Shown here piece by piece: positions 36,701-39,144 of a stretch of 44,634 nt of DNA. How positions within the stretch are numbered: the stretch's first letter is position 1; each line of letters opens with the position of its first letter. Both the position numbers and the translations under genes were made by a program. The DNA comes from Acidobacteriota bacterium. GTDB lineage: Bacteria; Acidobacteriota; Thermoanaerobaculia; Gp7-AA8. The notes beneath the pieces are model-generated. The model saw only the letters and a list, made by a program, of their open reading frames with translations. It was not told the DNA's origin and searched no databases. The stretch covers positions 1 to 44,634 of the forward strand of contig JAFAVZ010000238.1 in NCBI GenBank assembly GCA_019242175.1. The letters are read 5' to 3'.

Positions 36701-38286
36701 ACTCGTACGGCGACGCGCCGCGTTACATCCAGGGCGCGCTGGTGGACAAGATCACGCTGGAGGTGAAGGCGAAAGATGGCGTCCTCCAGGAGATGACCAT
36801 CAAGGCGCACCTCACGGAGAAGCTCAACGCTCCGACGGTGGCGAACGGAGTCCGGCTCGCAGCGATGAAGGGCGAGGAGGTGCTGCAGACCAGCACCGCG
36901 ACGCCGACTACGGAGAACGACAACACGATCGTGTGGAAAGTGACGCCGTCGGACTGGACGGCGATGTCGACCGCCGCCGACGTGACCAGCATCGAGATCG
37001 CGATGCTCAACTCCCTGCGCGCCGGCTACTACGGCAACCAACCGATCATGTCCGCCCCGTCGTGGGCCGACGCCGCCTTCGGCGTACGCTCAGCCCCCGA
37101 CCGCCCAACCTACACCCGCCTTTCGATCGCGACGATCAACGCGATCATCGCCGCCCCACCCGCCGCGGAGAAGACGCTTTACGAGGTCCCCGATCTCTAT
37201 CTCGCCGCGAGCACCACGTCCCACGCGCGCCTGTTCACCGACTTCCAACTGCTCCCGTACCGCGAGCCCGCAAACGGCGCGATCTTCGCCCGCACTAGAT
37301 GGTACGACCCGTCGACCGGCACGTGGCTCACGCCGGACCCCATGGGGTACGTGGACTCGTCGAATCTGTATGCGGCGTTCGGGATGGACCCGGTCAATGG
37401 GCGGGATCCATTGGGCCTCAGCGAGAGCATTCGAGCGTCCATGGGGTTCGAGGAGGACATCTACAGCGACAGCGTTGGAAGGAAGTCGTGGGGATATGCC
37501 AAGGCTTGGGCGTACTCGTTCTACAACATCACCACGTTCGGCTTCGTATCGCGCCACGATGATCTTTACGAGACTTGGGAGGAGAACGGCGACCGCGGCG
37601 CCTACTGGCGTGGAACGGGAGTCGAAGTCGGCCGAGCGGGAGTGCAAATCGGCGTGACGTGGGCCACCGGCGGTTTGGGGGCTGGTGCGTCTGGAACTCT
37701 AGGCATGTCGATCCTTCGGGGTGCAGGTATTGGCGCGGGCGTCGGCGCTCTTTCCGCCGTGACGGGTGATATCTACGACCGCGCAACAGGTGGGGCTGGC
37801 TACACCAGCAGCGACTACTTCGCGAGTATCGCGGGTGGCGGTGTGTTGGGCGGAGTGATGGGCGGCGTCGGCTTCAAGATGCAACAACGTCAACTGTCGG
37901 AGACAGGGGCTCGGCGCATCATCGATCCTGAAAGAATCGACGCGTGGGATCGCGCAGAGAGAATTTACGATGACATCCGTGCGGACGCGTCGGATGTCTC
38001 TCGTATTGCGAAGAACACCGGATGGGCACAGTCACGCGTGGCTCGAATCAAAGAACACCTTTTCTTTCGAGAACATGGGCTGGATGCTGGAATTAAGAGG
38101 TTCGATGCTGATCCCGATATTGCGAATGCTTGGAGTCGTTTGGCAGCAGGCGATCATGTACCGTCGGATGTGGATCTGTTGCGTCACGAGATTTTTGAGT
38201 CCAAATTTGAAAGTCTCTTTAGGACGAACTATCGAACCGCTCATAATGCGGCGCTTCGAGCAGGTCGCAACTGGGCGGGGGAGTAA
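15634..38286 (+). CDS. Giant (7,550 aa) Sec-signal-bearing RHS/YD-repeat polymorphic toxin with a very long Ig-rich N-terminal region and a C-terminal toxin tip
   Basis: A single uninterrupted ORF. The start is GTG 15634 or, more likely, ATG 15637; the stop is TAA 38284-38286. It has a signal peptide. Many YD repeats are present (VTYRYDASGRL, FGYDASGHL, AKYDALGRA, TNYDALGRA, YTFDALGNP, YYYDAAGRV, HYDYDEAGRL, WNYDTRGRL, FEYDPNGRV). The RHS core terminus reads RTRWYDPSTGTWLTPDPMGYVDSSNLYAAFGMDPVNGRDPLGL. Confidence 0.95.
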   Translation: MMSSLRTFPRAALLALLAFAGVGMAVRAQTPVTYSESFDSYQPNRSVTGWSDTRVGSSRVIHEFTTYRDPLRSSNIVYGDRQSESGEHLLAGAHAVQTLHDDGHGDDRTGYFSTLTTKTFAGQGRFELKGRFLRTKDSTRIGFTFFSSYPEKDQYYLIGTGAKHYQHDDCDDDHLIAGALHNDSDHGEDDRNMELVGFSAGYLTGDTESSFVPDDDRWYWFRIQVDNASGVTSIRARFWADGASEPSTWPIDARDNGTTRLITGRIGMWSGGSGDAFIDDLTASSPQDRTAPTIAFYESNVKLDTATTAKFNRNPAIDVRVTDDLSSIPTKTIKLDGATYTNLTPITTEGSHTLTVHAVDSAGNAADATLPLFIDKTAPTITLLESGQPLPAQPKYKRTAAIEIKVADARSTFTTTATLDGAPYTSLTPITTDAAHVLFVKATDALGNVATVQVTIVVDTHAPAIQFKESGNVLDPAAEQKYKADPRIEIKVTDAVAATPGVTATLDGAAYTSNTPITTPGRHTIAVHATDDVSNAADATLRLVLDKNNPTVAVTVGGQPVDLTRTAVYKQNVAINVTATDATTSVVTKDIRLDGVAYVPGTTISTEQLHTLTVHAVDEVGNFTDVVFKFLLDKAPPRIELWEAGVKLDPAVVAKFRRNAAIEIRATDAASSVTYTATLDGANYVSLTPVASEATHHLTVHATDEAGNIADAALDLIVDKTAPVAAFTEGGNALDPTRTYSWNRSPIAIGVTVTDNLAGLQSNVTLDGSPYVSATPIAAEGPHVVKVHAVDVVNNVTDAQLSFVIDKTGPIIELTDGTLVLDPAARALFDHAPALGIKVTDKYSTSSYAAKLDGANWTVGQPIADGAHTLAIHAVDALNNATDVTLTMLVGTHPPVVTLTVGAAPLTENQLFNHSVTVDAHVVAVSTLFDVAATLDGAPVSLTLPIAGDGAHTLVVTATDELHHVGSVTVHIRIDTKKPVVTISANGDPLTSSKAFAAAVTLNATADEPTSSLTLTVDNAPFTLGAQVTADGAHTVTANATDQAGNAADPVTVTFHIDSHAPAVTLREGASPFPDRKTFNRAIVANADVTSATTPTKTATIDNVAYTLGTSYGVEGAHHLKVTATNAAGLSSVAEADFTIDLTAPTLQLLGNGVAFVEGKKFREDVIVTTTAADNLGTPTVAITLDGHTLEAGTTITEEKEHTIFAQAVDAGGNAADVGPFHFLLDKTKPVLTITVAGNPLANGDKFKTAITPAITVEDATATTETYTLDTHAYTKGDAISGEGSHTLTATVRDVVGNETVVGPLTFVIDTLPPVVTITEGGQPFTGGGKYKRVVKPIVTIQDTSETFVTATLDDGPYTINTDVATDGVHTLKIQVIDELGWPTVIPPIAFTIDTKAPVVVIQEHGAPLQNHAFLKQDAVLTFAIDDLTNTTVAATLDGDAYTAGQPVTTEREHTIQVTVIDELGTATTAGPLSFTIDKTPPVVQITEGAQPLVSGALLDHDAQPQLHVTDTTAWTVVAKVDGADFQFGDRIATEGGHTLDVSVTDAAGWTTVVPTISFFVDKTAPAVTVTQNGQPLESGALFDHDITPVVTYTDLSDTTLALKLDNAPFTTGTLVSAEAMHVLTGTATDRAGHVTTIGPITFTIDKSAPVITIKESGAAFVAKYGRDVVPQIAIDDLTAFTKEIVLDGAPYDGIAPIHADGNHTLTVTATDALHHTTTAPPIHFLIDQTAPVVTVTESGAPFEGKAYNRPQLTPVIAIADTTQTTTTALLNEAQFQSGTAITAEGKYTLSVAVTDELEHTTTVPTIAFAIDRTAPVVELVEDGKPLTSGLAFKDPVHPIANVHDTTEITVVATMDNAPYTLGNEVAAEGAHTLKVIATDEVGLSTTVQVSFVIDKTKPAITITAPAPGSAVGSGSVVVTGFADDAATVDVNGVNATIDPATHTFTTDTPVALTEGSNTITAVGVDKAGNVGSLTITVTVDNRAPDVAIAAPLANACINATQLEVKGVATDSSAMTIDVSVDDGTAVRATFGSDHKSWSATLPVQDGNVTIVVLGKDATGHESRLTVPVRIDTAKPVVTVLESGIAFGNGYYRRPLAPQIRVTEDDPRVAITSTLSTNGGAPAPFATGATIAAEGAYTLAVSAKDCANNTSDPLSIAFVLDVTAPSILSTDPPNGGAIGTTTKAITGTVNSDDVASVVIEGSSVAATLTGRTFTFNGVPLVDGTNRLALVAVDRAGNASRYDLAFTVKSKAPVVRILENDAPIAAGTIFRRPVAPTVTSDDADAHIDAKLNGAAFTSGTRIENDGSYTIIATATDAFNHVSESATATFSVRRTGPLVHITAPTENQTIDTDLVTVTGTVSPADVTSVRVNNTVATVTADGHFTAPNVPLDLGENLLVATAVDAAGNASTDAVSVTRAAGAPAILLNVPADGTVTNRPSTAVIGQVLSVPESGLVKVNATDVPVDSTGVFRKNDFPLTEGPNAINATVTGADGTTASVTVHVTADFTPPVLHVLANGTELVDGTRFATAPQLALDVTDNFPDVTSSFTLDGIAATSSTTIANGGHTLAAVARDKAGNETRVSRSFLVGSSASAGGCGLSGFDPANNATVNAARVTITGRSGAAAVLVNGVRAQLAGGTFAATIDLATEGANTVTVRCADANGTPTADAAETLTLYRYLSAPSIAITSPSGAEPIEVITDKITVTGTISAEATSGDVNGLPIPIGAATWSVPNVRLANGLNIITARARNAAGRLTIQTLRVVSRKGTPQIAITSPISGTQTGATAIDVSGTYTNVDPARITVGAIAATAHPLSDTTGTYSATVAIPANATTTLTATGRNRADEATTAAVQVQNVAGPSISISAPLDDTTYASTFAGQVTVTGTIDAAAGSTVQVNGVNATLTGNAFSAAIDLPAGAATPVVARVTTPDDKSALDSIRLLRLTGDLRVLDSFPTANAVGVDRAVLLLALFSNPLDGATVTAGTSVKLADASGAAITTSVFVDKDAISIAPQAALAAGTTYTLTIAGVKDIAGSALAAPFMLTFTTDFTAPAVAPTVNQSTVEGCLTTFTIRGRASATGARVRLDFEGVSQTATAAANGDYVFEVGLAGLTGFHVARLHEVGGDGTLSPEATVTFRLDCAGPQVLGATLDRAAKRVVIQFSKPMNGATLSVGPTGTIQLTPEGGSAVSGTVALNAGGDAATVETTADLSADTITLVVKRDVKDAAGLTLPADYRQVFSTSIAPPTTTGSGYVSGAVYDATTGRPLAGATLDIQQPIGAFSRNGGTAPAAKSAARLQPASLAEPTILTDARGRYTRVLPEGAYTVRAGALRHTTIWRQVVVSAGAGVLPIDVRLAERGPEVTTTGAAQTLDHGGDTVVTRAAQLSLASGSLPAGRKVLLTSVGGQSLAGLLPLGWSPLAAAEILVDESTSTPLPGAKLTFTLTAEESADAIAAAQPLSLVAYDNDRDEWRAVAAVLTPNADTHKVTVDISLSGNYALVFADKGTGLVTPPAATAGAALRGVDNPCVTPTDCSSLAGHSFDVDPKTVLPTQRSTAKLVVEGGAKKYPSGTAVQAFIDEQLNLADGTTLVDPPFATDLLLYRTLKGDFGTAFFHLAPTTQAASVTLRDGVDHIRVVEYPGRIDRGALIGVQGGRVPGDDKVAVEIPAGATSEALSATVASLSDQDLAAFGTVAGFRIAAGFTFAMTRANAPKIDLDGDGIDDPIAAPELLKPARATVTLPSVSVAANAQVIVVEVLDKTPFGAMLRLAARTTLAASATDTVRLFTTTAIDPTKLPVDGILRNGRYLVLVSNQPIAFAWGDLRLGAATGTPVANGRVTSLDGATVLGVADLTRFTGIFAVPIVAQPASQFVLVPRSTATGDGVAYTAAAVEAGRELHVGSLPLQGQAPRFESLTPADNAILGATDTFLIQAKFRDEIDSASVANGILLRNADSGALVPGVVVAAPRTDGTGSNVTFTLAPGATLNAATSYVISVEPSLRGRSGTPFGQTLVFHFSTRANNAALHTERIHISIPDAQGRATVTGLAGSLPAGAQAVAVRRGTDFITRYQTTATSDGSFTFQVGTNAEDAVTLTDEIDLQILDPLTHGIIAVVPLTPFVDPNGHAFIAPPTRTVTFTTAENITITVPAGAFDVPTRVEVGTAAREVFASVPSFDAGLTFLGGVNVQFDGIAKKQIDLSVPTPSGFDTSRGAYLGQLGMSVRGPRIMVVDAMRLDGGDLTTALGGSAGKAALRVTANNLNGLTTAADVKAAFLGIIASGSYIAMAMNVSPTWAMMSAVSPTNEIFVESLEEIFAWAYGSRFYLSQKSGKVLMPMPSNVAVKLVGVDGDTGITVFERQLQAAPPGDPLTAAFYPTITDKAVGPYPTYVSPGRLEVVDLISPEFTDDSRRGISLQYENDILKVTKSTTNGLPNNIHIEGFNVARGNEGQQQEGLATPMSIKGKPGDRIILLIGEKEVDPTAPLQVVFDKPIQVPDQLSDIISLQSTEPGSTDFVDITSQADLKIDSGDRRIRVILPASLGRGKKYRIVVRSGVKDASGLLQMGQQQTVDGTTTTTSGGPVGAKFDFLTRAPGGKLGTFDLPSGSARDMALSGNVLFMNAQEGGVFAYDVSDPAALTSGQVVKPFASSQDVNQPSESFRTWALATDNHGRLWTTVQANMFGYIQSYRVEDFIARKNDGSNSAGPCGEKIACHKGSSIVSYSLGTAANIPQGDSIVTTKPEAIPRKMQVLVQDFDTPEMSLQEVINQYGATVTPIAGAPEWVKLHIPITYNQSGNYWVQRTTFRNKTLGLSWSTDVTRTGTSAIDGVIGRTTDKFVKSTNMTTYGVITLFGFGVGVYDLNAVDSNDWTPKAPDTQTPITEQVLITDAKNPMQCDKTPPPPVACDPVEAANNGRQCAIPDLSLAPEAMIIPVRNGQGVPNPLQNSLVLYGLHAAMGVLDLKVVPPQQLEGDPNVDPLNPRATDPSCKRPSDGLVLARRMPTFDHPRLNQLRTLYNQAQFSGPQGASLPQPWGRFNSSAIYTRTPVQTGASVPAPINYGLVAARDYGLLVLKLDANGKLTNDSLVDVVWTPAGAYSVRVIPGAELASVVDGAGRILLIDLGHIDESAKVSTLSACADITCQGELFPSAMGSLQGAPAAPVPGQYWVEVGKNDPRILWQSKFDPNDPNTSTLAPIIDPETGILYQANIDSKTVKIVAASDPRIRIVSDLGKQKLEEVGGITPLGITPQAGLVNCSSATCTGSAAAFRIEVSLPGSMAESLGAANNTLRLAVESEVVPGSASLQMPDPLPRAHLRQRSRAAIVDPRAPSEFKLTRLIPEVSDPDVQKLRFQRAWNRFISPWIVAVADPRASEKWTWPANTTTQNKEDAGCHACERPSNLKNKPEPDVFELYTAGRFIDVRPEYTSAGTTDFGPEDPGSATQTGYAYLGSFGRLEKRIPTIMADTIRPTPIAVAGQAPPVANGRLLETTYLHSGEVETSTFDLLAAGRAGIDVAVDRTYRSRTMGASAFGFGWESILTERLRLMPDANVEYRDAAGEVWTFKPLTNGATPSAPGEPVIFVDYQSPAGLFLKLSRIERGWRLQDQRYRCTYFDEYGRLVARSDQFADPLKVMSGNDKGNVVYYLYAPDGRLAKIVDPVNRTTNITWYSDADTNVTGNYPGLLKEIVDWRGRKVTYRYDASGRLVTVLLPEAAKAQDAPNAYDLTGSKRPFVTYGYQGPFTAYNDVVELSGNLTTTTDPAENAGANGGVARVEFAYGLPNDANLHRDRVETQIWPCASYTTSCAAKSATFAYADSTPHATVVDILGQKRTYELETSADQHKHVAKMQEVDVPVLEVATIPAAAPVTMASSPKTRETVYHYTGQGVPDRVITQNLRTLFTVVPAVAGSTRIPGEIITEVRREDRVGQVGNRPSNVLVTKIDFDNAAGADPLRTATPIAVSKQADGGALVKREVPSPSSGSGKTVEMTDGEVKTKLEYDDLGQLARQSRLATGGSEDPSFEVKPTFYPAAYQDATNKHLARGRLQDVDRSGRKTHYDYKLTSDGGEIVVEHDLDRLVDTTTRSDAAGRVISVKVAREQAVLTNETFGYDASGHLRFHRRIQSGLDNPNVDTTAKYDALGRAIETTTTNAIVAGTAQSLTVRWTYDLSERRTTTTDPQVGTAAGVVTETTMDALGRVTSIERHDAGNTMKVASSTAYDYDGNPAFETDGVRTSTLRTYDSFGRTTSVLQSDGTLATVSLDAWDQPVETTTYAKKTGPTRAVTSRQTFSYTNAGRTKGSNAQVDAERFFAMREELKNGGAVTLTATAEVAGAGADITEADVTRVMKVTRDKAGRVIETLAGEGSGVGDPSTPPAGSGNQPAQSRVFRKETFSGWDGDLPSTTLVEEPRAATAKYTSMTNYDALGRAVDVVDAGNAQTHMDLDEAGNVRAVRPPGFTSSMTSQYDGRGLAVSVTHPDNRTVDYTFDALGNPKSRTDEAEKTTTYGTDPLGRTNDVAYPDATGTKTVYENTTGLVAATKDRAGLWLSYYYDAAGRVTDIYEDATPRSANPSTTPAEGTTRVLHYDYDEAGRLHRAANKSAACEYEDYDLYGRPRRTRSVRYANESGLDASPKVADVHTQEHYWSVYGAERLRWRMPAAGQTVPATDPDSSWRGWITEEHDAGGNNSRLGTAKSAGGASPNVAAILESNARGFGRPASRTRTLTPPYTLLTDYGYADPGTDSGTTPRNGMPNKVGYWFGDYAMGGTKLERDSALRAHVATDIGLQDRNSTWNYDTRGRLREASLVAAKEHATTVTEGRTVADFRTRSVNTDDTIHDALGSQAKTVEPQSWTAEQDAVHAMIERTVGEDGARTYDVESGRRKSDSVWTYSYDELQRVTRMVRKVGPQTTASQARRIDFEYDPNGRVVGRRACSNTDNETCVLDTTHETADGLPADVTFVWDPITDRLVSIFRAGLSQPPDGSPSGTEVEATAGLLRQYVHGDRAMDDPVEVLVADGGSVKRYLSLSDEAATGSLQTVVNGSDGTIVERVLYADSYGDAPRYIQGALVDKITLEVKAKDGVLQEMTIKAHLTEKLNAPTVANGVRLAAMKGEEVLQTSTATPTTENDNTIVWKVTPSDWTAMSTAADVTSIEIAMLNSLRAGYYGNQPIMSAPSWADAAFGVRSAPDRPTYTRLSIATINAIIAAPPAAEKTLYEVPDLYLAASTTSHARLFTDFQLLPYREPANGAIFARTRWYDPSTGTWLTPDPMGYVDSSNLYAAFGMDPVNGRDPLGLSESIRASMGFEEDIYSDSVGRKSWGYAKAWAYSFYNITTFGFVSRHDDLYETWEENGDRGAYWRGTGVEVGRAGVQIGVTWATGGLGAGASGTLGMSILRGAGIGAGVGALSAVTGDIYDRATGGAGYTSSDYFASIAGGGVLGGVMGGVGFKMQQRQLSETGARRIIDPERIDAWDRAERIYDDIRADASDVSRIAKNTGWAQSRVARIKEHLFFREHGLDAGIKRFDADPDIANAWSRLAAGDHVPSDVDLLRHEIFESKFESLFRTNYRTAHNAALRAGRNWAGE
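15720..16495 (+). other. N-terminal concanavalin/LamG-like jelly-roll head domain (tentative) with His/Asp-rich inserts
   Basis: The segment ends in ...RLITGRIGMWSGGSGDAFIDDLTAS, typical of the last strands of LamG/ConA-like lectin folds. Inserts HDDGHGDDRTGY (15931-15960) and HYQHDDCDDDHLIAGALHNDSDHGEDDRN (16123-16209) are present. Confidence 0.45.
16495..21313 (+). repeat. 19 tandem ~84-aa HYR-like / bacterial Ig-like coding repeats (period ~254 nt)
   Basis: Each unit has the form (I/V/L)D(K/T)xxPxhxhxExGxxL....(F/Y)......h.V.D.........LDG..Y....h...G.HTLTV.A.DxAGN. By eye, unit starts are at about 16495, 16754, 17008, 17265, 17527, 17786, 18045, 18301, 18553, 18802, 19051, 19303, 19558, 19810, 20062, 20314, 20566, 20812 and 21064, with the next boundary at 21313. 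Confidence 0.85.
21313..25690 (+). other. Heterogeneous Ig-like stalk: about 9 domains of ITAP..VxVxGxV...VxVNGVxA....F.....L..G.N.I.A.A.D.AGN type, three further HYR-like units, two SbsA-type Ig (Big_5-like) domains (about 24455-24760 and 25041-25340) and one carboxypeptidase-regulatory-like (TTR-like) domain (about 25363-25690)
   Basis: Big_5-like sequence: LRVLDSFPTANAVGVDRAVLLLALFSNPLDGATV..TYTLTIAGVKDIAGSAL. CarboxypepD_reg-like sequence: GYVSGAVYDATTGRPLAGATLDIQ...TDARGRYTRVLPEGAYTVRAGALRHTT. These assignments rest on motif recognition only. Confidence 0.55.
32041..37419 (+). other. RHS/YD-repeat shell (about 1,793 aa) including the RHS repeat-associated core terminus
   Basis: The N-terminal plug-like start reads YLHSGEVETSTFDLLAAGRAGIDVAVDRTYRSRTMGASAFGFGWES. 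It is followed by dozens of YxYDxxGR-type repeats and ends with PVNGRDPLGL (PxxxxDPxGL, 37390-37419). Confidence 0.9.
37420..38283 (+). other. C-terminal toxin tip (288 aa): a Gly-zipper/hydrophobic segment (about 37620-37880) followed by a ~130-aa unassigned domain
   Basis: The tip begins immediately after the DPLGL cleavage motif. The Gly-zipper segment reads GVQIGVTWATGGLGAGASGTLGMSILRGAGIGAGVGALSAVTG...IAGGGVLGGVMGGVGF. The distal domain reads ...IAKNTGWAQSRVARIKEHLFFREHGLDAGIKRFDADPDIANAWSRLAAGDHVPSDVDLLRHEIFESKFESLFRTNYRTAHNAALRAG. G+C is lower and codon choice shifts here (TTT, AAA, ATT, GAT). Confidence 0.8.
38277..38283 (+). promoter_or_regulatory. Shine-Dalgarno-like GGGGGAG 5 nt upstream of the immunity-gene ATG
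   Basis: The local sequence ctgggcGGGGGAGtaagcATG places the purine-rich block inside the last codons of the toxin gene. Confidence 0.5.
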
Positions 38287-38288
38287 GC

Positions 38289-38528
38289 ATGGCCTTCTAC
38301 ATCGAGATCAATAAAGAGAGCGAGGACGCTCGGGCTGCGCAGTACCGGTTCGAGGCCGACAGGCAAGGAGTAGGTCGGTTCGAGATTGACAAGGCAACAG
38401 GTCAAGTCGAGTTGCTATCACCAATGCCGGGCGACGAGAAAGAAAAAGTTTTTCAGCGAGCAGCTGTGAAAATCATTCGAGAGTGGCGGGAAGGCCGGCT
38501 GCCTGAGAGAGCAGAGTGGGCTTCGTAG
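38289..38528 (+). CDS. Putative cognate immunity protein (79 aa, cytoplasmic, no signal peptide)
   Basis: The ATG lies 2 nt after the toxin stop and has an SD-like site. It shares the reduced G+C of the toxin tip. A small acidic/basic soluble protein (MAFYIEINKESEDARAAQYRFEAD...) in this position is typical of polymorphic-toxin immunity genes. I recognise no family. Confidence 0.65.
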   Translation: MAFYIEINKESEDARAAQYRFEADRQGVGRFEIDKATGQVELLSPMPGDEKEKVFQRAAVKIIREWREGRLPERAEWAS

Positions 38529-39144
38529 AATGCGACGAGCAGTGCTCGGTGTGCCGCCCAAGTCGGTGTTGTGGCAGACACGGCCGCGGGCGAGTGGCTA
38601 CGCGCGCTGTCGCGCGCTCGTGCGGTGAGCACTACGTGAGCAGCCTGCGTGGGACGTGGGACGGCGGCCGAGCAGCCAAACACAGACTTGGGCGGACAGC
38701 GTTCCTGGTGCGCCCGGCGCGCCGCCCTCGCGCTGACGCGCGGCCGCCGGACTTCAACGCGGCTCGTCGTGTTGCGATCGGTAGCGCGTGCGGCACGCGT
38801 CCTCCGCGCGGCGCGCCCCCGCGCGCCACATCGCCGCTCCCATCCCGTTCTCAACGGAGACGATCGTTCGTCATGCGGCGCTGTAGCTGACGCGGCGCCG
38901 CGGGCTGTTGCGCAGAGCGCCTCGCCGCATCGCCCGGCGCCGCGCAGCTAAGCGTCGGTGAGTAGGGAGTGGCGAATGCCAGCACGCGGCCCGCCGCGGC
39001 CGTGCGGCCTATCAAAAGCAATAGGCCGACACGACCAGCGGCGTGTCGCGTGCTGGCTTGGGTGCATCATCAGCGGCGTTGGATACGCCGTGCTCCGCCC
39101 ACCCGCTCCGCCGGCCGTCGTCGCGAGAACGTCGCGCCGGCCGC

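Noticed and set aside
38140-38215. RHEIFE read as a zinc-metallopeptidase motif, or PSD...ESK read as a PD-(D/E)xK nuclease motif, in the toxin tip
   Set aside because: The motif is HExxE, not HExxH, and I can see no downstream third ligand. The D-to-ExK spacing is minimal, and the segment looks helical rather than beta-hairpin. Neither assignment is supportable without profile or structure searches, so the domain is left unassigned.
1-38286. Classifying the operon as a Tc (TcA/TcB/TcC) toxin or as a T6SS Rhs effector
   Set aside because: I see no TcA-like pore or translocator features in protein 1; it consists of propellers and Ig domains. There are no SpvB/MidN-type TcB hallmarks I can identify, and no PAAR, VgrG, DUF1795 or other T6SS genes in the window. 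The RHS protein carries a Sec signal peptide. Only an architectural analogy (a propeller next to the shell) is retained.
38596-38620. GC palindrome GCGCGC-TGTC-GCGCGC about 75 nt after the immunity gene as an intrinsic terminator
   Set aside because: The stem is short (6 bp) and no T/U tract follows. Such GC palindromes are expected by chance in this composition, so I did not annotate it as a terminator.
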